Positions 36,101 through 48,845 of a stretch of 64,000 bases of DNA are shown piece after piece. The position numbers were made by a program, and so were the translations under genes. Origin of the DNA: Cyanophora paradoxa CCMP329. Its lineage: Eukaryota; Plantae; Glaucophyta. The DNA lies in the NCBI GenBank assembly GCA_004431415.1, contig QPMI01000632.1, positions 62,001-126,000 of the forward strand, given 5' to 3'. Position 1 is the stretch's first letter. Each line of letters starts with the position of its first letter. Under the pieces are notes generated by a model, which did no database searches, was not told the origin of the DNA, and saw only the letters and a program-made list of their open reading frames with translations.

Positions 36101-38803
36101 CGAGCCCGTCCTCCCTCCCCTCCCTGCGGCAACCGCAGCCCCCGGCGGTTCGCGGCCCCCCGAGCGCCGAGCCGAGCCCCGGGGACCTTCCGCCCAGCCC
36201 TCTCGAGGCCCCCGCGCCCCCTCCTCCGCCCCAGGATCCCCCCCCCTCCGCGCGCCCCTCGGCGCCGCCCTCGGCCCGTGCGCTGGGGGTGCGGGCACCG
36301 GCGCCCCACCGCTGGTCGGCCTCGCGCTACCTCGTCCACTCGCGCACCCTGAACGCCGCTTCATTCCCCCTCGCCGCCGGCGCCGACGCGGGGTACGAGC
36401 TGGCGGCCAAGGGCGCCCTCGACGCCCCCTCCGCGGTCCCCACGCCGCTGGCGCTGGGGGGCGTGGCGGGGAGCGAGAGGGCGGGGCGCGCCCCGGCCCC
36501 CCCCTCCCGTGCGAGCTCTTTCTTGCAGGTGCGCCCCGCGCCCGCTCCGCCCCGACACACTCTGCTCTGCTCTGCGTCGCCCGATGCCTCCCGTCGTAGC
36601 TCGCCGGGTCGGAGCGCGGGAACTCGGACCCCTCGGTCTCGGGCCGCAGCGTGCGCCTCGCGGCCGGCCGGCGCCGCCGCTGGTGGCGCCTCGGCCTCTC
36701 GTTCCCCGACAGGGACGACGAGGTGCGCGCGCCCCGCCGGGCCCCGCCCCGCCCCGCCCCGCCTCCGGCTGAGGCACCCCAGGCGGCCTACGAGCAAACC
36801 GTGGAGCACGGGGTGGACGGCGGCCTGCGCGCCCTCGCCGCCTGGGGCTGCCTCCACCTGCTCCTCTTCCCCGCCCTCCGCCACGTCGCCGGCGGCCTCG
36901 CCGAGAGCCCCCTCGCCGACGGCACCCTCGTCGAGTACGGCCTGCGCGGCGCCTACGCCGTGACCTTCACCGCCGCCCTCGCCCTGCTCGCCGCCGCGCG
37001 GCGGGACGCCGGCGCCGCCGCCCCCGGCGAGCAGATGCTGCAGCGGCGCGCGCGCCGCCTCCGCAGCGCCGCGCTTCATCTTGTAGCCGCCGCGGCCGCC
37101 GCGGGTCCCGTCCTCCGGTGCGGAACTGCGCTTAGAGCGCCCCCGCCCTCTCCTGCGCTGGCGTTTCACTCTAATCCCCCCTCCAGATACGTGCGCGATC
37201 TTGTGGGAGAGCAGATGGAGCCGGCCAAGCCTGTCTCGCACTCCGCCCTCTCGGTGCCGACCCCTCGCAAACGCCTCGGAGGGTTCCATCAGAGTCCACG
37301 AGAGGTCTGACCGTGACCTTTATCAGCTCGCGGACGCGGACGCGATCTTCTCGCTCGTGTGCGTCATTGCCCTGGGGTTCCTGCCGTTCGCCCACGCCGC
37401 CCTCTGGGCCGCCGTCCTCGTCGCCTCGTGCGGGACCCTCCCACTGATTGGAGCTCGAATTCGGTCGGCGGCTTGACTTCCTGCTCTCAGGTCCGGCTGC
37501 ACGTTTTTCAGCGCGACGCGCTCGGCGGACATCGTGCCGGTCTGGCTCGCCCTCTTCTCGCTCGCGGCGGGGGCCACGGGCTACCTCCGCGAGGCCGAGT
37601 CGCGCCGCTCCTTCGCGCTCCAGGCGCGCGGCCGGCGCGAGGCGGCCAAGGCGGCGGAGGCGGAGGGCGACGCGCGCGCAATGCTCGACCTCTGCCTCCC
37701 GCGCGCCGTCCTCCGACTCTTGCCCCGCGCCGGCGGCCTCGGCGAGTGGCCCTCCGCAGGCCTACCAGAGTGCGGCCTGTGCACGCACTTTCCCGTCGCG
37801 ATGTCGTGCCGATCGGACCGCAGCGCGGCGGCGTGGGCGGAGTACGAGAGCGTAGCGGTGCTGCAGAGCGACATCGTCGGCTTCTCGGCGCTCACGAGCC
37901 GCACCGACCCGCACCACCTCGTCTCAGCCCTCAGTGCGCACGCGCCTCCGCCCTCGCCCGTCGCGCGCCCGCGCCGCCTCCAACGGCCCTTCCTCTCCGT
38001 CCAGACGCGCTCTTTGCCGGCTGCGACGACATCGCCGAGCGGCACGGCGTCCAGACCCTCCGCACCGCCGGCGGTCCGCCCGCCCCGTCTTTGCGCCCCC
38101 GCGCTTGCTGAGGCGCTCGTGGGTGCAGACGCGTGGGTCGGGGCGATCGGGCTGGAGTCGCCGGCGGGCGGGCGCGAGGTGGGCGCCCTGCTGCGGGCCG
38201 CCGAGGAGATGCTGGCCCTCTACGCCCGCACCACCCTCGCCGTCCGCCGCAGCCTCGGCCCGGACCCCGCGGCCGACGCCGCCGCCGCCGCCGCGGCGGC
38301 GGCGCCGGGGCCCCTCCGGCGTACGCAGTCGATCAAGCGCTGGGTGAAAGAGGCCGTACCCGTGCGCTTCGGCGTGGGGTTGGGCCCCGCCCGCGGCGCC
38401 GTCATCGGGGTACGCCAGTGGACGTGGGAGCTCCTCGGCCCCGCCGTCAACGGTACCCCCCGCCGCCCCGCCCCGCCCTGCCCCTCCGCCAGCCCCGCCC
38501 CGCTTCGCCCGACGCCCTCGGGACGGCAGACGCGCAGGAGATGGAGAGCACAGGGGTCCGCGGCCGCATCCACGTGCGTTCCCGTCGCCGTGCTGTGCCG
38601 GCCCTTGCAATCGATCGAATTCGAATTCGGCACCGCGGCGGCAGGTCACGCAGGCGGTGGCGGACTGCGCGGGGCCGGCGTTCCGCTTCGAGCCGACGCC
38701 GGGCGCCTCGGGCGCCCTCCTCGTCCTCCCCTCCTCACCCGCGGCCGCGGCCACCGCCCAGGCGGGGGGTGGCTCGCGAGCGGAGGCGGCGCTCCCGCTG
38801 TGA
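33184..38803 (+). CDS. Membrane class III nucleotide cyclase (probable adenylyl cyclase), copy 3
   Basis: MQFARVKP at 33184. Same exon structure and catalytic motifs as copy 1 (VIKIKSMG, FDCFGDACNLAQRM, QSDIVGFS, TAGDAW). Ends RAEAALPL-TGA at 38801-38803. Confidence 0.85.
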
Positions 38804-39104
38804 TGCTGTGAGCTTCTCGACTATGATTTTGACGTCCCATTTCTTATTTGTTTATGGCTTTGTAGGGCGCAGTCACTGAGTAGCGTTCATTAGATAAACC
38901 ATACTATGACTTGTAATGCAGTGCGGATAACCGTTTGAACTAACCATACTATGATAACTTGTAATGCAGTGCGCATGCCGAATATCCGAAACCGCAGTTA
39001 GCTTTACTTTAGCCACAGCTCTGCTCAGTTTGTCGATCGATGCGCGCGCTCCTCTCCGGATCCTAAAACTGTCTTCGAATTCTGATTTCATGCAGCGAAG
39101 TCGT

Positions 39105-39965
39105 TTAATCTTGTCTATGTAGTCATACAGAGCTCGAGTATCACTTCGCGATCACAGCTAACTTATATTAGTAATTATACATACTATGATAAGAGATATA
39201 TAAATATCGCTTTGTTTTTGGAGAATTACGTATACCGGCTACAGTCTCGATAGATATGTACATGTGCACCAGCACTGCGGGGGATTTATCGCTTGAATAC
39301 TTACACCAGGGTCGCTTTAAGCTACTTGTGCGCTGCGGCCGCGGCTCCAGCGCCTGCATGATCTGCTGATGATGATGCACGTGCCAGCGCGGGCGGGGCC
39401 ACGCAGAAGGCGCGGGCGAAGGCGCCCTCGACGGCGGCGACGCTGGCGAGGAGGGAGCGGGCGGGGCCGGCGAGCCCCGTGGCGCGCCCCTCGACCGCCC
39501 GCCGCTGCTCCTCCGCCCGCCCCACCACTGGGCCACCAGCCCCTGCATCTTCCCGCCGGGGCATTGGCGGGACGGCGCCGGCCCAAGCGGCGTTGGAGCG
39601 GATCTCTGAGGCGGCCTCCGTCAGCGCCTGCATGTCCCTGCTGGCGGCCGGATCAGTTCAGATCGGATCAGGCAGCGATTCCACGACTGCATGCGGCGCC
39701 GCGGCCGGCTCGGAGGCGCTCGCCGCGCGAGAGACAGCGCTGATCATGAGGTGGAGAACGCGCGCGGGGCGCCGGCGCGCGAGAGAAAGCGCTGATCATG
39801 AGGTGGAGCACGCGGGGCGCCGGCGCGCGAGAGAGGGCGCCCGGCCACGCTGACATCGCAGCGGGGCCATGCGCGGCGGGCGACGGCGAATCCGGCTCTG
39901 CAAACAGACGCGACATGTCCGCGGCCGCGCCGGGCGAAATAGCACACAAAGGGCCTCCTCCAGCA
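39105..39965 (-). pseudogene. Degenerate, internally deleted copy of the 29851-32679 gene
   Basis: 39405-39660 matches 29853-30215. 39665-39965 matches pieces of 32262-32530. The 3' flank at 39105-39170 resembles 29670-29740. The middle ~2 kb is missing and there are local tandem duplications. Confidence 0.75.
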
Positions 39966-40145
39966 TCCGGGAATCAGGCGGAAACATGCGGAATCATGCG
40001 GAAACATGCGGAAACAGGCGGATCGAACACGTCCATGCACCGTGCAGCTTTGAGCGACCGTGCGGGAGCTTCTACATGGCCTCGGCACGCTGCTTTTGAC
40101 GAGTACCCAGCGGGGGGGTACAGCAAATTCGGGGCGAGCGGCGCG

Positions 40146-43100
40146 ATGGACGAAGGAGAGCCGCCCTCCGCTCTTTTGGACGGAGAACCGCCCTCCGCTC
40201 CCGTCGAAGACGTTCCACAGCCCACCGCCGCCCATCCTCAGCCAATGGAGGACAGCGAGGCCAGCGCGAGCCCGCCTGCGTCCGATCCTTGCGAGGGCTT
40301 ACCCAGCGAGAATGCTCCTAGAAGCGCCAGCGAGCTTGCGGATAGCGAGGAAGTGTCGGGCGCGCCTTCCGAATCACGCGGCGGGAAAGCGGGCCCGTCG
40401 GACGGCGACGCGCAGGAGCAGGGGCCGGCAGCAGTGCCCCCAGAAGAGGGGGACGCGCTTCCTTCAACCGCGGCGGACGCAGCACCGGCGAAGAAGAAAC
40501 CGAAGAGACCGAAGATGTCTTTCGACCGGAGGCTCGCCCAGGCCTCGCAGGCGCCCACTTCTGAGCACGAAGATGGTGCTTATTCGAACGGGGCGACCCG
40601 AGAATCGGAGGGCGGACGCCTGCGCCGGCGCACAACCGCGGGGTCGCCCAAGCCCTCCGCGCTAGCCGCGACGCCGCCCCCGCACCCGCCCCCTTCATCG
40701 GTGCGGCCGCCCGAACGACTGCCTCTCGATGCACGCTGCTCACGGCTGCCCGTCGGACAGGACGGGACCGCATCCGAGGGCGACCCCGTCACGCACACGT
40801 TCATTAGCTGGGAGAAGATTGAAGGGATTTCCCTCGTGCACTACTCCAGCGGCCCGCTCTTTTCGAAGGCGGGCAAGGAGAACTTCCTGCGCTACCTCAT
40901 GTGCGCGTTGACCGCCGCGGGGGATGCGCCGCCGCGCCGGGGCCGCGCGGCTGACACGCGGGGCGGGGCGGGCAGGGCGACGAGCGGGGCAAGCTACGAG
41001 AGCGAGAAGGCGAAGAAGGCCCGCTTCAGGCGCTGCGCGATCCGCGTGGGCGGGGAGGCCCAGGACCGCGAGTACTTCCGCAGGGACCTCCGGTGCGCCC
41101 GGCCGGCCGGCCGGCTGGCCGCCCGGCGCCGGCGGCGGTGCGCTGAGGCGCGGGCGGGCGGGCGCGCACGCAGGGCGTTCCCGGACCTGAAGCTGCCGGA
41201 GGGGGAGGGGAGCGTGCCGGCGGCGGCGCAGGACGTCTCCATGGACGCGGTGCGGGAGGCCCTCTCGGACGACTTCATGGTCCACTTTCGCCGCTCCGTC
41301 GGCGTCGGCGCGTACCCCCCTCCCCGCCGCCCCGGCCGCGCGCCCCTGACGCCGCGCCGCGCGCAGCGCTCATCCACGACCCCGAGAACCCGGCGAGGCG
41401 GTACGCCCCCAGCGAGAGCCCCGCCTACGGCCTGTTCGCCCGTGTACCCCTCCTCAAGGGCACCGTGAGTGCCGTTACTCGCCGTAACCCCGCCCCCGCC
41501 CCCGCCGCGGCGGCCGACGTACCCCCGCAGGTCTTCCCGTACGGGGGCGTGGTTAAAACGAGCGAGGAGTACGACGCGGAGCCGCTCGAGAACGATCTCG
41601 GCCGGTACGAGGGATTCCGCGTACCCCGAACCCCCCCGTGACGGCGTGCCCCGCTCCAGGATGTACTGCGTGAACCTGGAGTCGACGCGGACGTGGTGGC
41701 CGCTGGTGGCGCGGGACGGGGCGCGCTGCGTGCGGAGCGACGCGGTGCTGGTCGTCGACGGCTTCCCCGTCCGCTCCGAGGCTGGATTCATAAACGACTA
41801 TCGCTCCTGCATCCTGCCCCAGGCGGACGAGGAGCCGCCCGCCCCCGAGCGCCCCGGCCCCGGCCCCGGCCCCGCCCCCGCCCCCGCTGCCGACTCTGAG
41901 GCCGCCCCCGCCACGCCGGCACCCCCGACTGAAGAGGAGGAGGCGGCGGCGGCGGCGGGGCCCGCTCCCGGGCCCGCTCCCGGGTCGGCGCCCGTCTCCC
42001 CTGCGCCCCGCGCCGACAAGCGCCACTCGCCGGGCCCCCACATCCACCGCCGCCCCGGCGACCCCGCCGCCGCCGCCTCCTCCTCCTCCTCCTCTGCTCC
42101 CGCGCCCGCGGCGGGGCCCTCCTCCTCCTCCTCCTCCTCCTCCTCCTCCTCGTCCGCCGCTGGCGCCGCCGCGGCGGCCGCCGGGGCGCCTGCGGAGGGG
42201 GCGGGGCGGCGGAGCAACACGGTGCTCTTCGAGGCGCTGGTGGACGGCTTCCCGTACGCCTTCTTCGTCGTCACGGAAGACATCCCAGCCGGCGCCGAGG
42301 TGCCGGGGCCCGGCCCGCCGCCCCGCCCCGCGCCCTGCGACGCTTAGCTCCGGGGCGGGGGCAGCTGCTGTGCGACTACAAGGAGCAGTTCTGGGAGATC
42401 TACTTCCGCGAGTGCGCCGCCCACGCCCTCCGCATCTCCCGCTTCGAGGAGGCGGTGCGCCCTGCACCCCCCCGCCCGCCCCGCCCCCGCCCCCGCCCCG
42501 CCGCCGGCCCGGGGTCGAGCGGGGCGGCAGTGGCGGCAGCGGGAGGAGCAGCTGAAGCGGGAGATGGCGCTGGAGAAGGAGCGGGAGCTGCAGGAGGAGC
42601 GCGCCCGCCGCAGGAAGGTCACCGCCGAGCTCCGGGTCCGCCCCGCCCCGCCCCGCCCCGCCCCGCCCCGCCCCGCCCCGCCCGCCCGCCCCGCCCCCGT
42701 CTCTGCCGCCTCGCTGACTGCCCGGCAGAACCTCAAGATACGGCTCGCGATCAACGCCAAGCGGCGGAACGGCGGCGACGGCTCCGGCGATGCGGCGGCG
42801 GCGGCGCCGGCGCTGACAGTCGACCGGGAGACCCTGGAGGAGTTCCTTAGGGAGGTCGCCCCCGACCTGCTCGCCCCGGTCCGCGCCCCCGCCCCCGCCG
42901 CCCCTGCCGCGCCGAGGAAGCTGAACGGGGGCGCGCGCGCGCGTGCGCGCAGCCGGGCACCTTCCCCGCCCTGCCCGCCCCCGAGTCCTCCTCCTCTCCG
43001 ACCCCTGGCGGCTCCTCCTCCTCCCCCGCCCCCAGCGGCAGCCCGGATGCCTCCCTCGGCGCCTCCTCCTCCATGGCCCTCGTCCCCTACGCCCCGGCCC

Positions 43101-46100
43101 CGGCCCCCGCCGCCGCCTCCTCCTCGTCGGGGCCCTTGGTTCCCTACGGGCGCCCCGCCCCGTCGGCTATCCCCGTGGGCGGCCTGCACACCCCCTGGAG
43201 CGTCCCCCTGCCCCTCATCAGCCAGCTGCGCGCCGCCTCCCGCAAGCCAGCGGCGCCCATCTCCAAGCACGCCCGCAAGGCGAGGCCCCCGCCGCCCCGC
43301 CCCGCCCCGCCCCGCCGCGCCCCGCCGGGCCGCCGCTGAGACCCGGCGCAGGAAGCGCTGGCCAAGGCGGCCGTTGCCAAGGCGATGGGCACGGCGCGCA
43401 GCGGCAAGCCCGTCTCCGCCGTGCGCGGCCCCGCCCGACCCGCCCGCCCGCCCATCCCGCACGGCCCCCTGGCCGCAGCCGACGCGGGCGGGGCGTGGCA
43501 GGCGGTGCTGGCGTCGATCGCGCGGGCGCGGGAGGCGCGGCAGCGGAAGATGGCGGAGCGCAAGCTGGCGGAGGCCAGGGGGGAGGCGCCCCCGCCGCCC
43601 AAGCCGCGCACGGCCTCGCTGCTCGCCTCCCCGGCCGGCGCCGGCGGCAAGGGCGTGCACAAGGGCATGGGGAAGGGCTGGGCCAAGGGCCTCGTGCGTA
43701 CCCCCGACGGGACGTGGCTTCCCCCGGCAGCGCCAGCAGCGACCCCGGCGCCGGCCCCAGCGGCTTCGGCGGCGCGCGCGGGCGCGGCAGGGGCGGCATC
43801 CGCGGCCGCGGCGGCCGCGGCGGCCTGGGCCCCCGCGGGGCCCGGGGCGGCTTCGGCGGCCGCGGCCGCGGGCGGGGCGGCTTCGCCACGCGCGGCCGGG
43901 GCGGGGCGGCCTCAGGCTCCTTCGCAGCGCGGGCGCGAGCAGCAGCGGCGGGGGCGGGGGCGGCCTGTACGGCGGCAAGGGGGCGTTCAAGGGGATGGGC
44001 AAGAACTGGCGGCGCGTCCTCAAGCAGCAGCAGCAGCAGCAGCAGCGGGCGGCGCCGTCGTGGTGGGAGCCCTCGCCCGCCTGCGCGGCGACCGGGCGGC
44101 CCGCGGCCGCGGCGCCGGCCGCGGGGGCGCTCGCGGCGGCCGCGGGGCGGGGGCGGCATCCGGGCGCGGCTCTCGTTCTCGTCGCAGAGCCTGCAGGAGC
44201 GGAGGGAGGAGGACCTGTGGGAGGGCGTCCGCGTCTGCGAGGCGCGCGCCCGCCAGTTCCGCGCCGACGCCGACGCCGAGCGCGCAAAGGGCGACCGCGC
44301 CGACCGGTCCGCCCCCGCCCGCCCGCCCGCCCGCGCGCCCGCCAGTCTCCGGCTCTGAGCGAGGCCCCGGGGGCAGGGCGGTGGTGAGGTACGGGACGAA
44401 GCGTGCGCGGCAGGCGCTGGCCCAGGCCGGCACCTACCGCGCCGAGCTCGAGCGCCGCGGCGTCCACGGCGCCGAGGCCCGCGGGGCGGGGCGGCGCCGG
44501 ACCTCGCCCTCCTCGCCCGAGGGCGAGGAAGGGGAGGGCGAGGGTGAGGACGGCGGGGAGGAGCCGCCGGCGCTGAGCCTGCCGCACCGCCACGGGAAGA
44601 AGCTGGACTTCCGCACCGTGGAGGAGCTGAGGGAGGACCTGGCGAACGTGCGGGCGCGCGCCGCGTGGTTCCGGCGGGCGATGCGGGCCGGGGCCGGGGC
44701 GGGCGGGCGGCGCAAGTACGGGCCGGAGCAGTGCCAGCGGCACATCGCCGAGGCCGAGGAGCGGGCGGCGCGCTTCGAGGCGGCGCTGGCGGCCCGCGGC
44801 GAGGAGGTCGAGTCGGAGGGCGAGCCCGACGCCGACGCCGAGGCGGAGGCGGAGGCGGGGGCGGCCGCCGAGGCCGGGCCCGAGACCGGCGCCGCCCCGG
44901 CGGAGGAGGAGGAGGCGCCGGGCGGGCGCGGGCCGCTGCCGGAGCCGCCGGCCTTGGCGGAGCGCAAGGGCGTGAAGCTGCTCGAGCGGGGGGCGGAGAT
45001 GCTCCGGAACGACATCGTGACGATCGGGAGCCACCTCGACGCCCTCGCCCACTGGGCCGCCCTCGACGGCGCCGCCTCCGAGGCGGGCCGCCCCTCCCCA
45101 CGCCCTCGCCCCGCCCTGCCTGCCTGACGCCGGGCGCAGGAGAGCGTGCTGGTGTGCAAGAAGCGGATGAAGTACTACCGGCGGGTGCTGAGCAAGTACC
45201 AGGCGCACCTGAAGCAGCTCCTGAACGAGGACATCAAGCCCGAGGTCGTCGAGGAGCCGGCGGCCGAGCAGGAGGAGGGCGCCCAGCCGGGGCCCGGGCA
45301 GGAGCCGGAGGCGCCGGGCCGGCGGCGCAGGCAGCGCACGCCGGGGCCCGCCGGGGAGGAGGAGGCGGCCGCGGACGCGGGGCAGGCGCCGCAAGCCGAC
45401 GCGACGCCCTCGCGGCGGCCGCGGCGGCAGCCGCGGCGGGCGGGCGAGCCCGGGGAAGAGGCCCGGCAGAGGCCGAGGCGGAGGGCCCGGAGGCCGGCCC
45501 CTCCCCGCGGCGGAGGCCGCAGAAAGCGACGCGTCGGCGGCGGCGCCGGAGCCGACGCTGGCTGACATGCTGAAGCGGAAGACGCCTATCCCGAAGGTGC
45601 GCGGGGGCGCCCGGCCGCCCGGCCCGGCCCGGCCGGCCCTCTGACGCCCCGCCCCGGGCAGCGGACGAACGCGGAGCTGCTGGAGCTTGTGCGGCGCGAC
45701 CGGGCGAAAGCCGAGACCAAGGCGAAGGTGCTTCGACGCGCGGGGCGCTCCGCTCGCGGGGCGCTCCGCTCGCGGGGCTGCCCGGGGGCCGACGCGGGGC
45801 GGGGCGGGGCCGCGCGGCAGGACATCGAGACGATGAAGCAGCGCGGCTGGCAGGCGGCCGACATCGCGCCCGTGAAGGCGGCGAAGGCGAGGGCTGAGAA
45901 GCACCTGGCGGCCTGCCTCGGCGAGCTCGCGAAGCGCGGCGTCGAGATCGAGGAGGCGGCGGCGCCCCCGCCGGGCGAGGGGCCTTCCCCGCTCCCCCGC
46001 AAGCGGAGGGCAGCGCCCGCTCCGCAATCCGAAGCCGAGGCGGAGGCGGAGGGGGAGGCGGAGGGGGAGGCGCGGGCCGGCCCCTCGGGGGCGCCCGACG

Positions 46101-48814
46101 CGGAGGCGTCGCCGGCGGGGAACGACCGCAGGCAGCGCAAGCAGTTCAGGACGGTGCGGCCTGCCCCCGCCCCGCCCCGCCCCGCAGGCGGGGAGGGCGC
46201 CCCGCGACGCGACGCGCCGGCGCAGATGGAGGACTTCAAACTCCTCGAGGAGCTGCAGCAGTGCCAGGCCAAGGCCGCCGAGATCCACGAGGCGCGACTC
46301 GCCCGCCCGCCCGCCCGCTGCGGCGTCGCCGGCTGACGCGCCGCCTCGCCTCGCAGGCGCTGAGGCCGCTCATGCAGGCGCCCTACAGCGAGCGGTCCAA
46401 GCTGCACAAGGACGCGTACGCGAACGACAGGAAGGTGCGCGGGGCGGGGCGGCGCTGCCGCGCGTCTCGGGACGCCTCCGAGCGTGGCGGCGCGCAGATG
46501 GAGAAGGTCGTCGCAGAGCTGGCGAGGCGCGGGCTCGACGGCGGGCTCGGCGGGGCCCTCGCAGGGGCGCCGGCGGCAGAGGCGGCGGCCTCGTCCTCTT
46601 CAGCGGCGGCTGCGTCGTTCTCTTCGGCGGTGGCGGCGGCGGCCCCGTCCTCGCCAGCGGCGGTGGCGGCGGCGCCTCCGCCACGGACGCCGGCGGCGCC
46701 GCTGGCGGCGCTGGTCCGGCCGCAGCGGGCGCGCACGTCGGCCGGGGGCGGGGGCGCCCCGCCCTCTGCCGCCGACATCTGGCGGGAGTCACTGCAGAAC
46801 GGCGCCGCCGTCGACCAGGAGCGCAAGCGCCCCCGCGCCGGCGCCGCCTCCGGCAGGAAGGCCGCCGCCGCAGCCGCAGCCACGGCCGCAGCAGCAGCGG
46901 CCTCCCCGTCGGCCCGGGGCCGGAGGCGGAGGCGGAGGCGGAGGCGGAGGCGGAGGCGGAGGCGGAGGCGGAGGCGGCGCGGGGCCCCTTCCTGATTCAG
47001 ATGACGCTGCAGGGGGAGGGGGCCGAGCGCGCCCTGGGGGAGCGTTCCTCCACGCCCCCCTTCGAGGACCAGTCCTCCCCGGCCCCCGCGGCGCTCTCGC
47101 CGGCCCCGCGCGCCGCCCGCGGCCTGTCCTCGCCCTCGCCCCGCGGCGGGGCCCCGGGGTCGCCCTCCGAGGGCCCGAGTTCCCTTTTGCCGCCCCTCGC
47201 CTCTCCCGACTTCTCCTCCTCCGTCGACGCCGCCGCCGGCATCGGCCCCGTCCCCTTGCCCGTGCCCCTCCTCGAGTACCTCTCGGGCCGGCCGCAGCCC
47301 CCGCCCGCCCCCTCCTCCCTCATCGCCGCCCCCGCCATCCTCCACCCGGCGCCGGCCCCAGCCGCCTCTGCCGCCCCGGCCCCGCCGCCGCCCCCTCCAC
47401 CGCCCTCGCAGGCCGGCGCAGCCCCCGCCGACGACGACGCGGCGCCCGACGGCGCCCCAGCGGCCGACGCGCCGGCGCCCGCCCCGCCGCAAGACGTTTC
47501 GATGGCGGAGGCGCCTGCGCCCTCCTCCCCGTCGTCGGGCGGGCGTCCCGAGGATGCCCCCGCTTCCTCGGAGGCGAGCGCGGCGCCGGCCGGCGCGCCG
47601 GGCTCCGAGGCAGCGCCGCAGCCGTCCTCGGCTCCGGTCCCGGCAGCGCAGGAAGCTGCGGCGGCCGCGACGGCCGGGGGCGACGAGTTCGAGCCCTCGC
47701 CGCCTGCCGTGACGGCGGCTGTGTCAGCGGCGGGGCCGGCGGGGGGCGAGGGCGAGGCGCCGGCGCTGGGCGGGGGACCGTCCCCCTCGGAGGACCGCGC
47801 GGCGACGCCGGCGGAGGAAGAGCAGGCCACCCTGCAGCCGCAGCCGCAGCCACAGCCGCAGCCGCAGGCGGAGGTGCAGCCGCAGGCGGGGGGCAGGCGC
47901 CGCTCCCCGCCGAGGTCCGCCCCTCGTCGCCCACCGGCGAGCCGCAGTCGGCCGCCCCGCCCGTCGATGCCGCGCCCGCCGCGGCAACTGTCGAAACGCA
48001 GCCCCCCGCCGCGTCGTCCGCCCAGCAGCCCGCCGCGGCGGCCTCTCACCAGCAGCCCGCACCGGCGCCCGTCGATCTGCTCCCGAGCGCCGCAGCTGCT
48101 GATTCACTCAGGGCCGCAGCGCCGGCTGTTCAACAGCCTGCCGCGACAGCATCCGATCGGCAGCAGCCGGCTGCAGCGCCTGCCGCGGCCGTCGTGGCGC
48201 CCGCTTTGCAGGCGCCAGCCAGCCCCGCAAAGGAGCAGGCGGCGGCGGCGCAGCAGAAGGGGGCGGGGCGGAATCCGAGGCGCTCGTCGGGGGCGGAGGG
48301 GCCTCTGCAGGCGGCGGGAAAAGAGCGGGAAAAGCGGGCAACGAAAAAGCCGAAGTGGCTCGACGAGACGACGCAAGTGCTCAGCCACGCGCCGGCGCCC
48401 TCGCCGCGCGCGACCGGCTCCTCGAGGAACGCCGCCGGCGCCGCCTCTGCCTCCTCCTCTTCCTCGCCGGCGCCGGCGCCGGCCGCGGCGCCCGGGCGCT
48501 CCTCGACGAAGCTCGTCAAGCTGGCGGCAGCGCAGCAGGCGGCCGGCGTGCCCCTGGACGAGGACGGCCTCGAGGGGACGCCCACCAAGCAGCCCAGCGC
48601 CGCCGCCGGCGCCGGCGCAGGCCCGGGGTCCGCCTCCTCTGCCACGCCCCCAAAGTCGCCCAAGTCGCCCAAATCGCCTTCGCGGGCGGCGGCCGCCGCC
48701 GCGCCGCCGGCCTCTCCGGCCCGCGCCCCGCCCCTGGCGCTCGCCCCGCCGGCAGCGGCCCCGGCCGCCCCGGCGGCGGCGGCGGAGAGCGCGAGCCCGG
48801 CTCGAGCTGCGGCA

Positions 48815-48845
<31 letters not shown>

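Noticed and set aside
42344-46288. Very long minus-strand ORFs (1314 aa here; also 48859-52050 and 48104-50590)
   Set aside because: They are shadow frames of extremely GC-rich plus-strand coding sequence. Splice signals and sensible protein are on the plus strand.
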